Shown here: positions 29,094 to 39,844 of the stretch, piece after piece
How positions within the stretch are numbered: the first letter of the stretch is position 1
Layout of the letters: each line of letters starts with the position of its first letter
Assembly (NCBI GenBank): GCA_019421365.1
Contig: JAHZFJ010000005.1
Location: 1-46,300, forward strand
Direction: 5' to 3'
DNA length: 46,300 nucleotides
Source of the DNA: Lachnospiraceae bacterium
GTDB taxonomy: Bacteria > Bacillota > Clostridia > Lachnospirales > Lachnospiraceae
Position numbers and translations under genes: made by a program
The notes under the pieces: generated by a model
The model's input: only the letters and a program-made list of their open reading frames with translations
Database searches by the model: none
Told to the model about the DNA's origin: nothing

Positions 29094-30791
29094 ATGGCAT
29101 ATAAAGATTTACATCATTTTATAAAAGAGTTAGATGAAATTGGTGAGTTAAAGGTGGTTCAGAAAGAAGTTTCATCTGATTTAGAAATTACTGAGATTGC
29201 TGACCGTGTTTCGAAAGCACATGGGAAAGCGTTACTATTTAAAAATGTAAAAAACTCTAAATACCCAGTTTTAATTAATGCAATGGGAAGCTATAAAAGA
29301 ATGAGTATGGGACTTGGAGCAAAACAACTTGATGACATTGGTACGGAGATTGCTAAGTATCTAGATTTAAGTAATTATTTATCTATTAAGAAGTTATTCA
29401 AAAGTATTCCACGTATGTTCCGCCTTCTTCATGTATTTCCTATAAAGAGTAGATTTAGAGGTGCGTGTCAACAAGTGATAGAAAGAGACGTGAATCTGGA
29501 TACTATTCCGGTATTAAAGTGTTGGCCAGAAGATGCAGGGAGATTTATTACCCTTCCCTTGGTTTTTACAAAGGACCGTTATTCAAAACAGCAAAACGTA
29601 GGAATGTATCGAATGCAAATTCTTGATCAAACGACTACAGGTATGCATTGGCATAAGCACAAAGATGGTTCGGAGATTTTCAAAGGCTATGCTGCAGATA
29701 ATACAAGAATGCCAGTTTCCGTTGCGTTAGGATGTGATCCATCTATTACATATGCAGCGACTGCACCATTGCCTAAGATGATTGACGAGATGATGCTAGC
29801 AGGTTGGTTAAGAAAGTCAAATATAAAAATGGTTAAATGTATTACCAATGATATCTATGTGCCAAGTAGCGCTGAAATAGTTTTAGAAGGTTATGTGGAC
29901 CCATCAGAGGACCTTGTACTAGAGGGACCATTTGGTGACCATACGGGATATTATTCATTGGCGGATTATTATCCTAAGTTTCATGTTACATGTATTACTC
30001 ATAAAAAGAATGCAATTTATCCAGCAACAATAGTTGGAAAGCCACCGATGGAGGATTGTTATATGGCAAAGGCGACGGAACGTATCTTTTTGCCATTCCT
30101 TCGAATGCAAATACCAGAATTAGTAGATCTTAATTTACCTTTAGAAGGTGTATTTCATAATTGTGCAATCGTATCGATTCGTAATAAGTATCCAGGCTGC
30201 GCACGTAAAGTAATGAGCAGCATCTGGGGAATGGGTCAGATGATGTATACGAAATTGATTGTGGTGGTTGATGAAACAGTTGATGTACAAAACCTAAGTG
30301 AAGTTCGTGATACGGTACTGAATAATGTACATGGTCTAGAAAGTTTAATCATATCAGAAGGACCATTAGATGCATTAGACCATTCTTCTGATAAAGCTTT
30401 GTATGGTAGCAGATTGGGCGTTGATTGTACTTTGACGAATAAAGTAGAGGAAGGTAACATAACTAACACGTATCAGATACTTACCATTAATAAAGACAAG
30501 CCTTTTAAGGGAAGAGATACATTAGTAGAGTTCTTAAACCATAATCCAGATAAATTTGTCATAGTTGTAGATAATGATGTTGAAAAGTTTGATTTATCGA
30601 CTGTTATGTGGAAAGTATTTAATAATATAGATGCAAAAAGAGATATTACGGTTATCGACAACAAGTTTGGTATAGATGCTACGAAAAAATGGCCAGAAGA
30701 AGGATTAACAAGAGATTGGCCTAATGATATAAAGATGAGTGACGATATTAAAAAAATGGTAGATGAAAGATGGGATAGTTATGGTATCTAA
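29094..30791 (+). CDS. UbiD-family (prFMN-dependent) decarboxylase
   Basis: Typical UbiD N-terminus (DLHHFIKELDEIGEL) and length. Confidence 0.8.
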   Translation: MAYKDLHHFIKELDEIGELKVVQKEVSSDLEITEIADRVSKAHGKALLFKNVKNSKYPVLINAMGSYKRMSMGLGAKQLDDIGTEIAKYLDLSNYLSIKKLFKSIPRMFRLLHVFPIKSRFRGACQQVIERDVNLDTIPVLKCWPEDAGRFITLPLVFTKDRYSKQQNVGMYRMQILDQTTTGMHWHKHKDGSEIFKGYAADNTRMPVSVALGCDPSITYAATAPLPKMIDEMMLAGWLRKSNIKMVKCITNDIYVPSSAEIVLEGYVDPSEDLVLEGPFGDHTGYYSLADYYPKFHVTCITHKKNAIYPATIVGKPPMEDCYMAKATERIFLPFLRMQIPELVDLNLPLEGVFHNCAIVSIRNKYPGCARKVMSSIWGMGQMMYTKLIVVVDETVDVQNLSEVRDTVLNNVHGLESLIISEGPLDALDHSSDKALYGSRLGVDCTLTNKVEEGNITNTYQILTINKDKPFKGRDTLVEFLNHNPDKFVIVVDNDVEKFDLSTVMWKVFNNIDAKRDITVIDNKFGIDATKKWPEEGLTRDWPNDIKMSDDIKKMVDERWDSYGI

Positions 30792-31647
30792 AATAATTAA
30801 TAAATTAAAAGAGTATGGTAAACTTGTTATGTTTTCACATACAATATTTTCTTTGAGTTTTGCGCTTGTTTCAATGGTAATAGCAGCAAATGGTTTACCT
30901 GAGATTTCAACTTTGATATGGATTTTAGTATGCTTTATGGGGGCTAGGACTGGTGCCAATGCCATTAATCGAGTAATCGATGCGGAGATTGATGCGCGCA
31001 ATCCAAGAACTGCTGGACGTCAATTACCAAAAGGAGAGATGAAAAAAACAGAAGTAATTATATTTACTGCGGTATGTTTTCTAGTTATGCTTTTTGGGGC
31101 ATATAAACTGAACTGGATTTGTTTATTATTATCTCCAATTGCACTGTTTTTAATGATAATATACTCTTATTGCAAGCGATTTACATTTTTGTGCCATTTA
31201 GTACTTGGAGTTACTTGTGCTTGTGCACCAGTTGGTGCGTGGCTAGCGATTACAGGAGAGTTAAGTTTGATTCCATTATTTATGGGAGCTGCTAATACTC
31301 TATGGGTTGCTGGGTTTGATATCATATATGGTTCTCAGGATTATGATTTTGATAGAGAGAATGGGTTACACTCCATTCCAGCAAAGTTTGGTGTTGCGAA
31401 TGCTTTATTGATTGCCAGAATATTTCATATCATTACCTTATTATGCCTAATAGTGATAGGGGTACTAGTACCTCAATTTGGAATTATTTATTACCTAGGT
31501 GTAGCTATTATTGCAGGGTTATTTGTTGCAGAATATAAAATGGTATCACCTACTAATCTTACAAACGTTAATATAGCATCTTACAGTATCAACCAATTAG
31601 TTAGTTTGGTTTTATTAGCATTTGGATTATTAGATGCATTTATATAG
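30763..31647 (+). CDS. UbiA-family aromatic prenyltransferase (the alternative start ATG 30781 overlaps the UbiD stop)
   Basis: Multi-TM protein; Asp-rich NRVIDAEIDARN motif (NDxxDxxxD-like). Confidence 0.75.
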   Translation: MKDGIVMVSKIINKLKEYGKLVMFSHTIFSLSFALVSMVIAANGLPEISTLIWILVCFMGARTGANAINRVIDAEIDARNPRTAGRQLPKGEMKKTEVIIFTAVCFLVMLFGAYKLNWICLLLSPIALFLMIIYSYCKRFTFLCHLVLGVTCACAPVGAWLAITGELSLIPLFMGAANTLWVAGFDIIYGSQDYDFDRENGLHSIPAKFGVANALLIARIFHIITLLCLIVIGVLVPQFGIIYYLGVAIIAGLFVAEYKMVSPTNLTNVNIASYSINQLVSLVLLAFGLLDAFI

Positions 31648-31656
31648 AGGTATAAT

Positions 31657-32250
31657 ATGAAAAAGATTATAGTAGGGCTTACAGGAGCAAGTGGTAGTGC
31701 TTATTTCCTTCGCCTAATTGAAGTTTTACTGGAATATGAAATAGAAATACATGTTATAGCATCGGAACGTGGTAGTCAGGTGCTTAAGTATGAAACAGGA
31801 GTTAGTTTAGAAGAGCAAATCAAGGTTTGGAATGAACAATCTTCTAATACTACGATTACCTTAGAGGATAATAATAATATGTTCTCAGCAGTTGCTAGCG
31901 GATCATACCGATGCGATGGTATGATCATAATTCCTTGTTCAATGTCTACTATGGCTGAGATAGCTAATGGGATAACGAAATCACTGTTAACTCGTGCAGC
32001 AGATGTGATGATTAAAGAGCAAAGAAAATTAGTGATTGTACCAAGAGAAACACCACTCTCAACCATTCATCTAAAAAATATGTATGAACTTTCAAAGGTT
32101 GGAGTGACAATTTTGCCAGCAATGCCAGGGTTTTACAATCATCCTGAAACATTGGATGATATCATAAATCATATAGTAGGAAAAACTCTGGATTGTATAG
32201 GAATAGATAATAATAATTATAAGAGATGGAAAGGGAAAGAACTAGAATGA
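31657..32250 (+). CDS. UbiX-family flavin prenyltransferase
   Basis: MKKIIVGLTGASGSAYFLRL N-terminus and a roughly 195-aa flavoprotein fold. Confidence 0.8.
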   Translation: MKKIIVGLTGASGSAYFLRLIEVLLEYEIEIHVIASERGSQVLKYETGVSLEEQIKVWNEQSSNTTITLEDNNNMFSAVASGSYRCDGMIIIPCSMSTMAEIANGITKSLLTRAADVMIKEQRKLVIVPRETPLSTIHLKNMYELSKVGVTILPAMPGFYNHPETLDDIINHIVGKTLDCIGIDNNNYKRWKGKELE

Positions 32251-33251
32251 AAAAAAATGTTAGAGTAATTGCATTGTTATTAGTAATGGTTTTCTTAATT
32301 ACTGGATGTGCAAAGAACAACGAGACGAATAACTCCAATTCAAAGGATAATGTAGGAGAAACACAAACACCGGATTCAGCAGAATCAGATGCAGTTGAAA
32401 AAACTGTTTTACGTATTGGTATGATTTCATCTACTGATGCAATTCCTTTTGTGTTAATTGACAAAAACGGATTAGCTGATAAGTATAATCTTGACATACA
32501 GTTTGAAGTTTTTAAATCAGCAAAAGATAGAGATGCAGCATTACAAGCAGGAGAATTAGATGGATTCTTAGCAGATCTTATCGCTGTATGCATGTATCAA
32601 AATGCTAATTTAGATGTTAAGATTACTGGAAGTACAGATGGTGATTTTGTTCTTCTTGCAGGTAAGAATTCAGGAATTACAGATATTAGCCAAATTAAGG
32701 GTAAAAGTATCGCTATTTCAGAGAATACATTAATTGATTATACTTTAGATAAAATCTTAGAGGGTAATAATTTAAAAAGTGATGATGTAGAAAAAGAAAT
32801 CGTAGATAGAATTCCAGACAGATTAGAACTTTTACGTAATGATAAAATTGATTTAGGCTTAATGCCAGAACCATTTGCTTCATTAGCACTTGATAGTGGG
32901 GCCGTTAAGTTAGGAACTGCTAGTGAATATGGTCTATTTCCTGCGATTAGTGCTTTCACACAAACAGCTATAGATGAAAAAGCAGATGCAATCCGTGATT
33001 TTTATAAAGCATATAACGAAGCTGTTGAATATATGAATAATACAGATATTTCAGAATATGAAGATGCTGTAATTGAAGCAGCAGGATATCCAGAAGAAAT
33101 GCGTGGAAATATTAAATTAGAAAAATTCAGAACTAATGAACTTCCATCAAAAGAAGGTGTAGAAGCTGCGATTGCTTGGGCAAGTGAAAGAGAATTATGT
33201 AGTCCTTCACTTACTTATGATCAGTTAGTATATAATGTAGATTCTGAATAA
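32248..33251 (+). CDS. ABC transporter substrate-binding lipoprotein, NMT1/THI5-like (nitrate/sulfonate/bicarbonate-type SBP)
   Basis: Lipobox LITGC; SBP fold; ATG 32248 after GGGAAAG (ORF track 32226). Confidence 0.7.
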
Positions 33252-33269
33252 AATTAATAAGAATAAGCG

Positions 33270-34058
33270 GTGAATAGTATGCTACTATTGAAAAATGTAT
33301 CCATAAGTTACAAGAAGAAAAAAGAAACAATAAACGTAATCAATAACTTTTCTTTGAAGATAGAACAGGGAGAGTCAGTAGTGATACTAGGAGCTTCCGG
33401 TTGTGGTAAATCAACCTTAGTCAATACTTTGGCGGGAACAATAGCAGCTGACAGTGGAGACATAATTTACGTTAAGGATCAAAAAAGCCAGCCTTTGAAT
33501 CCGAAGATTCATAAGATAGGTATTATACCGCAAAATTGTGGATTGCTTCCTTGGAAGACGGTAAAAGAAAATTGTCTATTACCATTGAAAATTCGTAAGG
33601 AAAAGGTGAATGAGAGCCGAACTGAAGAAATAACTAACATTTATAAATCGTTAGATATAGATAGGTTACTTCATAAATATCCAAAGGAATTAAGTGGTGG
33701 ACAAGCACAAAGAGCTGCAATTGCAAGAGCCTTTATATTGCGCCCGGATCTATTGTTGATGGATGAACCATTTTCTGCATTAGATGAAATCACTCGTGAG
33801 GAAGCAAGAGAGTTATATCTTAAGATATGGAAACAGCATAAACCTACTACAGTATTAGTGACACATAGTATTGAGGAAGCACTTTATCTAGGTAATAGAA
33901 TAATTGTTATGGGAACAGATAAAGATAATATGAAATACCAGATGAATAATCCGTACTTTGGAGAGTCGAGTCCACAAAGTTTAGAGTACCTTGCTACTAA
34001 ACAACTACTGCGAAAGCAATTGATAAAGACAGAAGTGGGGGAAAAGACAAGTGAGTAA
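33270..34058 (+). CDS. ABC transporter ATP-binding protein (NitT/TauT family)
   Basis: Walker A GASGCGKST, signature LSGGQAQR, Walker B LLMDEPFSALD. Confidence 0.85.
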   Translation: MNSMLLLKNVSISYKKKKETINVINNFSLKIEQGESVVILGASGCGKSTLVNTLAGTIAADSGDIIYVKDQKSQPLNPKIHKIGIIPQNCGLLPWKTVKENCLLPLKIRKEKVNESRTEEITNIYKSLDIDRLLHKYPKELSGGQAQRAAIARAFILRPDLLLMDEPFSALDEITREEARELYLKIWKQHKPTTVLVTHSIEEALYLGNRIIVMGTDKDNMKYQMNNPYFGESSPQSLEYLATKQLLRKQLIKTEVGEKTSE

Positions 34059-34800
34059 ACTTATTAAACAATGTATGATTTTTATTCAAGGTTTTTTGTT
34101 GATCAATCTATTGTGGTGGCTGGCATCCGCACTCTTAGATATCAATGTTATTCCGGACCCGATTCTAGTATATAAGAATTTTCATAAAATCTTTGAGGAT
34201 AATATATATATTCATATCGGAGCAAGTTTAAAAAGAATTGGAATAGGCCTGTTTCTTTCACTTTTAGTAGGTATCCCAATTGGAATACTAATGGGGTATT
34301 CAAAGATAGCAAATAAAATATTATATCCATTGATTTATTTTAGTTATCCGATACCAAAGACTGCGTTTTTGCCAGTTACCATGTTATTATGGGGTATGCG
34401 TGATGGGTCTAAGATTGCGATAATATTTTTAATTATTGTTTTTCAGGTTATTGTCTCAGTTAGAGACAGTGTGTCGCATATAGATAGAACAATGTATCAG
34501 GTAACTAGGAGTGCAGGTGCAAACAAGAGACAGATTATTCGTCATGTTACAATACCGGCGATTCTACCAGAGTTACTTACTAATATTAGAGTGGCTCTTG
34601 GAACAGCAGTATCCATACTATTCTTCGTTGAAGCATATGGTACCAAATATGGAATGGGATATTATATATTAGATGCATGGTCAAGAATTAATTATATTGA
34701 AATGTATCTTGGAATTATAGTAATCTCAATTGTTGGACTGATTCTTTTTGTTTCTATTGATATAATTGCGGATAAGATTTGTAGATGGAGCAATCTATAG
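34051..34800 (+). CDS. ABC transporter permease (NitT/TauT family)
   Basis: Six-TM binding-protein-dependent permease sequence; operon context. Confidence 0.8.
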   Translation: MSKLIKQCMIFIQGFLLINLLWWLASALLDINVIPDPILVYKNFHKIFEDNIYIHIGASLKRIGIGLFLSLLVGIPIGILMGYSKIANKILYPLIYFSYPIPKTAFLPVTMLLWGMRDGSKIAIIFLIIVFQVIVSVRDSVSHIDRTMYQVTRSAGANKRQIIRHVTIPAILPELLTNIRVALGTAVSILFFVEAYGTKYGMGYYILDAWSRINYIEMYLGIIVISIVGLILFVSIDIIADKICRWSNL

Positions 34801-34981
34801 GATATATTAAGAAATAGCACTATCATTTTATGAGGAAGCTGTAGGGTAAAATCTACAGCTTCTTTTGGATTTATGAAAAGCAAAACAAAAGATAGTACTG
34901 AAAGTGAGTGGCTTACGGTGATTGCCGAGAAATAGATGAGTATGATATAATTGTGAAAAAATTAAGAAACGGAGATAAGAT

Positions 34982-35731
34982 ATGATTTTATATTTCACGG
35001 GTACGGGAAATAGTAGTTATACGGCAGAGATGATTCAATCAATTACCAATGATGAAATTATGTCAATGAATGATCAGTTAAAAAAAGGAACATGTGATTC
35101 GTTAGAATCCAAAAATCCATTTGTGTTTGTCTGTCCTACATATGCGTGGAGGATACCAAAGGTTATAGAAGAATATATAAGGAAAACACAATTTAGCGGA
35201 ACAAAAGATGTTTACTTTATATTAACTTGCGGGGGTGGAATCGGAGATGCAAAACATTATATACAGAAACTCTGCAAAGAGAAAGGGTTTAATTTTAAGG
35301 GAGTATCAGCCATTGTAATGCCAGATAATTATATTGTTATGTACAATACATCAGGAGGCGAAGAAGCAAGAGGAATTATAGAGAAGGCAAAGGGACAAAT
35401 TAATCTTGTAGCAGAATCGATTAAGAATAATAGGGAGTTAGAGGAAGAGAAAGTTCCATTCATGGGAAGAGCTATGAGTGGAGTGATTAACACCATGTTT
35501 TATTCCATGTACGTTAGTGCGAAGGGGTTTTATAGCACGGATCAGTGTATTAGTTGCGGTAAATGTGTTCAACTATGTCCATTAAATAATATACAGTTAG
35601 TAGAGGGAAAACCTCAGTGGGGAAGGGATTGTACACATTGTATGGCTTGTATATGTAGATGTCCGAAAGAGGCAATTGAATATAAGAAGAATACAAAGGG
35701 AAGAAATCGATATGATGCAACGAAGTTATGA
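34982..35731 (+). CDS. Flavodoxin-like protein with a C-terminal 2x[4Fe-4S] ferredoxin domain
   Basis: ILYFTGTGNS flavodoxin start; CISCGKCVQLCP and CTHCMACICRCP clusters. Confidence 0.75.
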   Translation: MILYFTGTGNSSYTAEMIQSITNDEIMSMNDQLKKGTCDSLESKNPFVFVCPTYAWRIPKVIEEYIRKTQFSGTKDVYFILTCGGGIGDAKHYIQKLCKEKGFNFKGVSAIVMPDNYIVMYNTSGGEEARGIIEKAKGQINLVAESIKNNRELEEEKVPFMGRAMSGVINTMFYSMYVSAKGFYSTDQCISCGKCVQLCPLNNIQLVEGKPQWGRDCTHCMACICRCPKEAIEYKKNTKGRNRYDATKL

Positions 35732-35825
35732 TGTTGAGCATGGTATTAATTTGCCCATTATTATAATTCTTATAATCTATAATTAAATTAGATAGCTTTA
35801 GAAGCAACTATTCTTTATTTTCAGA

Positions 35826-35861
35826 AAAGGGGTTGCCGTACTAAGTACGGTAACCCCTTTG
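35826..35861. terminator. Bidirectional terminator between convergent genes (GGGGTTGCCGTAC-TAA-GTACGGTAACCCC)
   Basis: 13-bp GC-rich stem with T-tracts on both strands. Confidence 0.7.
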
Positions 35862-35889
35862 AACATATAGATAGTTAAGTTAGCATTAA

Positions 35890-38800
35890 CTATTTATTAA
35901 TTGATATAATCTTGTCACTATCTTCTGAAAGGAGTCTCATGAAGCCCCACATACCTTGTTCAATATCCCATCGTATACTTGTCGATTGGTACATGTAGTC
36001 TCCGGGTTCAGTTTTTATGAATTTGTCTTGATTAATCACTTGGAGATTACGTGATCCACCAATTGTAACAGCACCATATACGCCATTTATCTGAGAATCC
36101 ATATTCGTTGGTTCATTATGACTTAATTGGTTGTGAACGAAAAGTGGAATTGCCCTAGGTTGACTGGCTGGTACGAAGAATTTCACTACAATAGGGTCAT
36201 CTACTTTTGCTAAGAATACAGGAGTAAGAGGATCATTCTTATTCTCTTCAATTGATCGGAATACTTCGCTGACCTTTTCGTTTGCTTTCAATCTGTTGAA
36301 GAATGGTTCGCTTCTTAGATTAAATCCTTTCATTCCTTGATCTTCTTTATCAAAATCAAATGGAGTTACTAGTGGTTCAAAGAACATCTTTGGCAGTAGA
36401 TTATCATCTTTATCTAAGAGATAGATTCCGTTATGAGCAAGCATTGAGAATTGTCGATAATTAGGTAGGAATGGATTTGTTATTGTCAACTGGTCACCAG
36501 TAGAAGCTATTTTCTCCATAGTGTTGGAAAGTGTAGTGGAACCAACAGGTGCAAGATTAATAGCTCCAAATAATCCATGATGTCGATGGTTTATTGTATC
36601 AGCGAAATCAACTAAGATTGCTTGTTGTGCGCTTTCTTCATAGAACCAGTAATACGTGAAGGTGTCGCCAACACCAATTGTTTGGTTAGGGTTGAAACCA
36701 ACTGTCGTACCATCGGAGTCCAGTATATTATAAACTGCCATTTGTGAATGCATAGAAACTCTTGAACTATTTGGCCATTTATCTTGTACCGGTACTTCAG
36801 GGAAGAATGGGACTTCAAGATTCTTTGGTAGTAGATTCGATAACTTAAGTTCTAATAATTCACCAGCATTAATGGTAATAATGAGTGGTTTAGGATTCAT
36901 CTCTCCACTTAAAACCTTAGGAACATCGTCGTACTCTACATATGTCATTCCAAATGGATCATGATCGCCAAATTTATTGTAGATAATATCAGAGTGTATA
37001 GCTGCAACATGGAATGTTCTAGTTTTTGTGCCTGCAGGTACATTCGGTTTTTTCGAAATTGCCATCTCTGGAGGTTCACCAGTTTTACATGGCAATGGTT
37101 TTGTTCTTAGTGGTAGTTTTTTACGATCCTTTAATGTATATAATTGAGGGATTCTTGTTCCTCTAACACGAGTAATACCCCAGGTACCGAGCCAGAAATC
37201 ATCTCTGCCTCCAGAATAATATAACACATCAAAGTCTTTGTTCTTATCTTCACCATCGGTACCATCAAGAGAGAATTCAAAAGTAAATGCTTCGGAAATA
37301 CCGATGTGATTTTCGTTAGTACGCTTTGAATTCATATTTCTAGTTTGTGTTCTCCAAGAGTACCGATTAAAATTAATGGCATGGGATTCCTCGTGAGAAC
37401 CATCTAGTAGACGTAATCTTACCGGATCACCAACATAACCTTCGAATATTGGAGTACAAGGATCTCCATGAACAAAAGAACTTAGAGCATATGCAGGATC
37501 GCCCTTTCTGAATTGAAGAGGGGCACTTGCATAGTTAAATCCCATGATACCGAAATCATCCATTGCTCCTAATTGCTCTGGTGGATTAAGCGCTTTACCA
37601 TTTTTATCTACAGCTGGAATAAAATCAGCTACGGCAAGGTTGAATTCTCTGAAATTTGGTAAAAACGGATTCTCAACCGCTATCTGGCTACCCACTTCAG
37701 TCTTATCTCCTGTATGACTATCAAAGAAGCAGGAACCTTCTGGCTCCACAATAAGTGCAGCATAAAGTCCATGTAATTGAACAGCATTAGGAAATAAATG
37801 ATCATGGAAGAAACAAGCACGTAATTCCACATCAGCATACCATCTAAATACAACTGTCTGATTAAAACTAGCACCTGTGAAGTAATTCCAACCAGAATTG
37901 GCTCCATCTGAGGATTGTACATCGAATTTAACTAAGTGAACATGAGTAGAAGCAAATAATGTCTCCGTTAATAATTGGAATGGATTAGGTCCTAGTTGTT
38001 CAGGGAATTTATTGGTAAAGTGAATCTCAATACATTCACCAGCATTAGCATGAATAAAGAGTGGTTCAGGGCGTTTTGTTCCATTCATTACAGCCTCTTC
38101 ATCCTTTGCGAGTACATACAAACGACCCTCTGGGTCATTCCAACATTCTTCATTATAGATAAGCTTACGCTGAATTCCTACAATGTCGTATCTACGAATA
38201 GGGGCTTCTTTAGGACATGGATTTACAAACAGTGCACCTAATTTTGCATCCGGTACTAGGGCATTCTTTTCTAATTCTGTAATAGGCAATTCTCTGTTCC
38301 AACCGCGAGGAGGTACAGGTGCTCGGTTTCCAACAGTACCAGGAATAAAAAATGGAAAACCAGGTATATCATCGGTTGGTATAGGTGGTTTAGGGCGGTC
38401 TGGAAGAGGCATTAATTTTGTAATTGGTGTTCCATCAGGATAACATCTTGTTCCATCTTCAAAAACATTATGAATTCTGTGTAATCCCCACATACCTTCT
38501 TCAAAATGAGGATATAAGTGGCAGTGATAGATTACATCTCCATATGCTTTTTGCAAACTACCAGCACCATATAATACATGAAAAGCAGCTGTTTGGCCGG
38601 GACTTAAGTGAATTGAATCAATAATATTAGAACCAGGGTCTTGTGTATCACTATTCCATTGTTGCAAATGTAGATGGAAGATATGTGTTTCTTGCATACC
38701 ACCACCAATAGCATACCAATGGATTGGATCTCCAACATAGGCTCTTGGAAGTACTGTAGGAGGTGGATCACCAAAGACCCAAGAATCATGGTGTACTTCT

Positions 38801-39525
38801 TCACCAATACATTCGGGACATACGATTCCTTTCTCGATTAGGTGCAGACGATTCCTCATTGGCTCAGAACGGTAATTGATAGAATGAGTCATAGCAGCAG
38901 ATCTTGAATGAGGGTCGAATGCGGGTTCTAAGCATCTGTTTTTAACTGGTGCCTCATCATGGAATATAGTTACATACTCACGAAAATCGGGTAAGAAAGG
39001 GTGATGAATATCTGCAAATACACCACTTTTTAGTTTATCACCTGTTTGTGGATCTGTCCAAGTGCTGCCCATTGGTTCAACAATTACTGCGCCAAAGAGG
39101 CCATGAACATTACTTCCAAGTTCACTGCTTAAAGGATTTCCAAGATCAGATAACTGAAATCCACCCTGAGTGGTAGCTTCCCATCTATATACAACTGTCT
39201 TGCCAGGTGCAACTAATGAAGAGTCGTTAGCTCCTACAAATGCGCCATCAGAAGTTTGTATTTCACAATTAAGCCCCTTTATATTGATCCCTGTTGAGAA
39301 GCAGAGCTTATTGGTGAAGGCAATTTCAAAGGTATCAAATTGATGCACACGAATTACTAAAGGCTGAACTAGGTTAACATACGTTCCTGGACATTTCTTA
39401 ACAGCCTCCTGTACTTTTGGTTCATTATCTTTTAATACGTACATTAATCCATCTGGATCTACATCCCCATATTTGTTATATACAATAGGGATTTGTATAG
39501 CCGATACTTCAAAATATTTAGTCAT
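35890..39525 (-). CDS. Giant six-cupredoxin-domain multicopper-oxidase-like protein (3 x ~400-aa repeats), with no signal peptide
   Basis: HIFHLH (HxxHxH) and HCHLYPHFEEGM (HCHxxxHxxxxM) in repeat 1; HVH and HDH (HxH) in repeat 2; triplicated blocks (..IYNKYGDVDPDG.. / ..IYNEECWNDPEG.. / ..IYNKFGDHDPFG..). Confidence 0.75.
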   Translation of the reverse strand: MTKYFEVSAIQIPIVYNKYGDVDPDGLMYVLKDNEPKVQEAVKKCPGTYVNLVQPLVIRVHQFDTFEIAFTNKLCFSTGINIKGLNCEIQTSDGAFVGANDSSLVAPGKTVVYRWEATTQGGFQLSDLGNPLSSELGSNVHGLFGAVIVEPMGSTWTDPQTGDKLKSGVFADIHHPFLPDFREYVTIFHDEAPVKNRCLEPAFDPHSRSAAMTHSINYRSEPMRNRLHLIEKGIVCPECIGEEVHHDSWVFGDPPPTVLPRAYVGDPIHWYAIGGGMQETHIFHLHLQQWNSDTQDPGSNIIDSIHLSPGQTAAFHVLYGAGSLQKAYGDVIYHCHLYPHFEEGMWGLHRIHNVFEDGTRCYPDGTPITKLMPLPDRPKPPIPTDDIPGFPFFIPGTVGNRAPVPPRGWNRELPITELEKNALVPDAKLGALFVNPCPKEAPIRRYDIVGIQRKLIYNEECWNDPEGRLYVLAKDEEAVMNGTKRPEPLFIHANAGECIEIHFTNKFPEQLGPNPFQLLTETLFASTHVHLVKFDVQSSDGANSGWNYFTGASFNQTVVFRWYADVELRACFFHDHLFPNAVQLHGLYAALIVEPEGSCFFDSHTGDKTEVGSQIAVENPFLPNFREFNLAVADFIPAVDKNGKALNPPEQLGAMDDFGIMGFNYASAPLQFRKGDPAYALSSFVHGDPCTPIFEGYVGDPVRLRLLDGSHEESHAINFNRYSWRTQTRNMNSKRTNENHIGISEAFTFEFSLDGTDGEDKNKDFDVLYYSGGRDDFWLGTWGITRVRGTRIPQLYTLKDRKKLPLRTKPLPCKTGEPPEMAISKKPNVPAGTKTRTFHVAAIHSDIIYNKFGDHDPFGMTYVEYDDVPKVLSGEMNPKPLIITINAGELLELKLSNLLPKNLEVPFFPEVPVQDKWPNSSRVSMHSQMAVYNILDSDGTTVGFNPNQTIGVGDTFTYYWFYEESAQQAILVDFADTINHRHHGLFGAINLAPVGSTTLSNTMEKIASTGDQLTITNPFLPNYRQFSMLAHNGIYLLDKDDNLLPKMFFEPLVTPFDFDKEDQGMKGFNLRSEPFFNRLKANEKVSEVFRSIEENKNDPLTPVFLAKVDDPIVVKFFVPASQPRAIPLFVHNQLSHNEPTNMDSQINGVYGAVTIGGSRNLQVINQDKFIKTEPGDYMYQSTSIRWDIEQGMWGFMRLLSEDSDKIISINK

Positions 39526-39535
39526 AATACATCAC

Positions 39536-39778
39536 CTACCATGTGTCAGGTATTTTATTTTGTTCGGTTTCAGCAAATAATGCTGATATAGCATCAATTC
39601 TAATTTGGAATACGTTATCTTTTAATGGAGCTGACACACCAAATTTAGCATTTATCCATATTTCTTCATTTTCGACATTTTCTAATATGCCGACTAAAAA
39701 GAAAGGATAATATTCTATCATAACTAATGCCTTCTTACCGATGCTAGCAGATAATTTACATTCAATACTTTTATTCAT
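39536..39778 (-). CDS. Small hypothetical protein, 80 aa, paralogous to the upstream 113-aa protein
   Basis: ORF track; shared pattern ..VG.I.E...EE...I.A...........F.I.I..I.A.. Confidence 0.5.
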   Translation of the reverse strand: MNKSIECKLSASIGKKALVMIEYYPFFLVGILENVENEEIWINAKFGVSAPLKDNVFQIRIDAISALFAETEQNKIPDTW

Positions 39779-39844
39779 AATAAACCATGCTCCTTATAAT
39801 ATATATATAGGTTGATAAAGGTACCCTATAACCCTTTAGCCGCA

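Noticed and set aside
37996-38807. Several 66-86-aa ORFs inside or antisense to the multicopper-oxidase gene
   Set aside because: They are embedded in a long, internally repeated and motif-rich CDS, and their translations are low-complexity (Gly/Ser-rich). They are probably frame artefacts.
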